A stretch of 64,000 bases of DNA from NCBI GenBank assembly GCA_963823555.1, contig CAWGMA010000001.1, positions 416,001 through 480,000 on the forward strand. Reading direction: 5' to 3'. Shown here piece by piece: positions 62,101 through 64,000 of this stretch (position 1 is the first letter of the stretch; each line of letters starts with the position of its first letter). The position numbers and the translations under genes were made by a program. Below the pieces are notes generated by a model. The model worked only from the letters and a program-made list of their open reading frames with translations. It was not told where the DNA came from and made no database searches. The DNA comes from Candidatus Eiseniibacteriota bacterium. GTDB lineage: Bacteria; Eisenbacteria; RBG-16-71-46; CAVPCR01.

Positions 62101-64000
62101 CGTGACGTTCGGGCCGGCGCAACCGACGCTCGGGCTCGCCGCAGTTCACGCTCGAGTGCTGGTTCCGGCGGGATGGGGCCGGTGCGACCGCGTCGACCGG
62201 GACCGGTGGCGTGACGGCGATCCCGCTCGTCACCAAGGGGAGAGGAGAGGCGGACGGCGACAACCGGGACATGAACTACTTCTTCGGCATCGACGGCACG
62301 AGTGCGGCCCTGGTCGCCGATTTCGAGGAGGGAAGTGGAGGCGCGAGCCCAGGGCTCAACCACCCGGTCGCCGGGATGACACCGATCGTCACCGGTCAGT
62401 GGTACCACGCGGCCGTGACCTATGACGGCACGACCTGGCGGCTCTACCTGAACGGGAATCTCGATCGCAGCCTCGCGGTGGGCGAGCCTCCGCGCTCGGA
62501 CTCGATCCAGCATGCGGCGCTGGGTTCGGCGCTCACCTCGACAGGTGCAGCCTCCGGCCACTTCGACGGCGTCCTCGATGAGGTGCGGATCTGGAACTTC
62601 GCACGCACCGAGGCCGAGATCCAGGCCACGATCAATGGCGAGATACCCGGCTCCCAGACCGGTCTCGTGGGGCGCTGGGGGCTCAACGAGGGCGCCGGGT
62701 CGACGGTGAGCTCGAGTGCAGGGACCACGATCGACGGGAACATCCTGAACTCCGGCTATTCCTGGCTCAGCCCGGGTGCTCCGTTCGACATCACCTTCGA
62801 CCCGCCGGATGCGCCGCCCAGCGATCTCACCGCCACCGCGGTCGCCTTCAACGAGATCGATCTCACCTGGACCGACAACGCGACTAACGAGTCCGGGTTC
62901 GAGGTCGAGCGCTCGACGGACGGAGGAACGACTTTCGCTCTGCTCACCACGGTGGCTGCCAATGCCGAGAGCTATGCCGACTTCGCGGTGGATCCGCTCA
63001 CCGAGTACTGCTACCAGGTGCGAGCGGTCAACGGCAACGGGGCCTCGACCTACTCGAACCAGGCCTGCGCCACGACGCCGGACATCGGGAACATCGGCCT
63101 CCACCTCGGCGGCACCAACGCCTACGTGACGTTCGGGCCGACCTCGACCCTGGGACTCGGCGAGTTCACGCTCGAGTGCTGGTTCCGGCGGGATGGCGAC
63201 GGCGTGACCACGAACACCGGCACCGACGGGGTCCTCGCCGTTCCGCTCGTCACCAAGGGCCGGGGCGAGAACGAGAACTCGAACGTCGACATGAACTACT
63301 TCCTCGGCATCCGCGGGTCGGACGGCGTCCTCTGCGCCGACTTCGAGGAGGGCTCCGGCGGCGCGAGCCCAGGCCAGAACCACCCCATTGTCGGCGTGAC
63401 GCCGGTCACGAGCGGCGTCTGGCATCACGCCGCGGCGACGTACGATGGCTCGACCTGGCGCCTCTACCTCGACGGTGCCCAAGAGGCCGAGCTCGCGGTC
63501 GGCCAGCCCCCGCGCTCCGACTCGATCCAGCACGCCGCCCTCGGCGGCGCGCTCAACTCGACCGGCGTGCCGGAAGGGTACTTCGACGGCGTCCTCGACG
63601 AGGTGCGGATCTGGAACGTCGCACGCATCACGGGTGAGATCCAGAACACGATCAACATCGAGATCACGGGGCCGGTAGCCGGGCTCGTCGCCCGCTGGGG
63701 TCTCAACGAGGGCATGGGCACGACGGTGAGCTCGAGCGCCGGGACGCCGGTCGACGGCACCATTCTTGGTTCCAACTGGGTCTGGACGGCGGGAGCCCCG
63801 CTCGATGCGAACCTGCCACCGGCGATCCCGGTCCTCAACGCACCCCCGCACATGGCGACCGGTGTGCCGCTGAGCCCCACCCTCGATGTGACGGTGACAG
63901 ATCCGGAAGACGATCCGCTCACGGTCACCTTCTTCGGCCGCCCGCGGGTGACGACAGCAGCTCCCGACTTCACGGTCGTGTTCCTGCCCGATACCCAGAA
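59171..64000 (+). CDS. Second giant LamG/Fn3 secreted protein (5 LamG + 3 Fn3, metallophosphoesterase begins at window end); apparent frameshift ~62140; 3'-truncated
   Basis: Same repeat units as 51809-56896, ending at ...PDFTVVFLPDTQ. Extended -10 TGgTATAAT near 59135. Confidence 0.82.

Noticed and set aside
51809..64000. Diversity-generating retroelement TR/VR pairs among the LamG repeats
   Set aside because: There is no reverse transcriptase in the window and the differences are not adenine-specific. These are ordinary domain repeats.

Overview
This is a GC-rich bacterial chromosomal window. Several proteins carry C-terminal FlgD-Ig/T9SS-like sorting domains and one ends in a 'TWGxIK' tail, which suggests an FCB-related candidate lineage such as Eisenbacteria, Latescibacterota or Krumholzibacteriota (inference). 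Housekeeping genes are lptD, HU, cystathionine beta-synthase and gamma-lyase, pcm, acylphosphatase, ligA, archease, tldD/tldE, rlmKL, rtcB, a complete tol-pal-cpoB operon and comM/yifB. Accessory genes include a five-gene TonB-receptor/lipoprotein operon, a hemerythrin-cytochrome c-PNPOx/GAF module, several secreted proteins and two giant paralogous LamG/Fn3/metallophosphoesterase proteins. Highlights: (1) a ~1 kb ORF-poor region at 46650-47580 that appears to encode two convergent structured non-coding RNAs (~575 nt on the minus strand, ~200 nt on the plus strand) with promoter motifs, strand-diagnostic G-U pairs and 11-14 nt cross-matches; (2) an unannotated exported selenoprotein (PCGU, in-frame TGA plus SECIS-like hairpin) ahead of the transsulfuration genes; (3) a Cyc2-like monoheme cytochrome-porin fusion; (4) a DUF222-HNH gene flanked by two periodic palindrome arrays; (5) a probable CTG start for comM and a sigma-54 promoter. 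Frameshifts in tldE, rtcB, the HNH gene and the LamG genes look like long-read indel errors rather than real decay.
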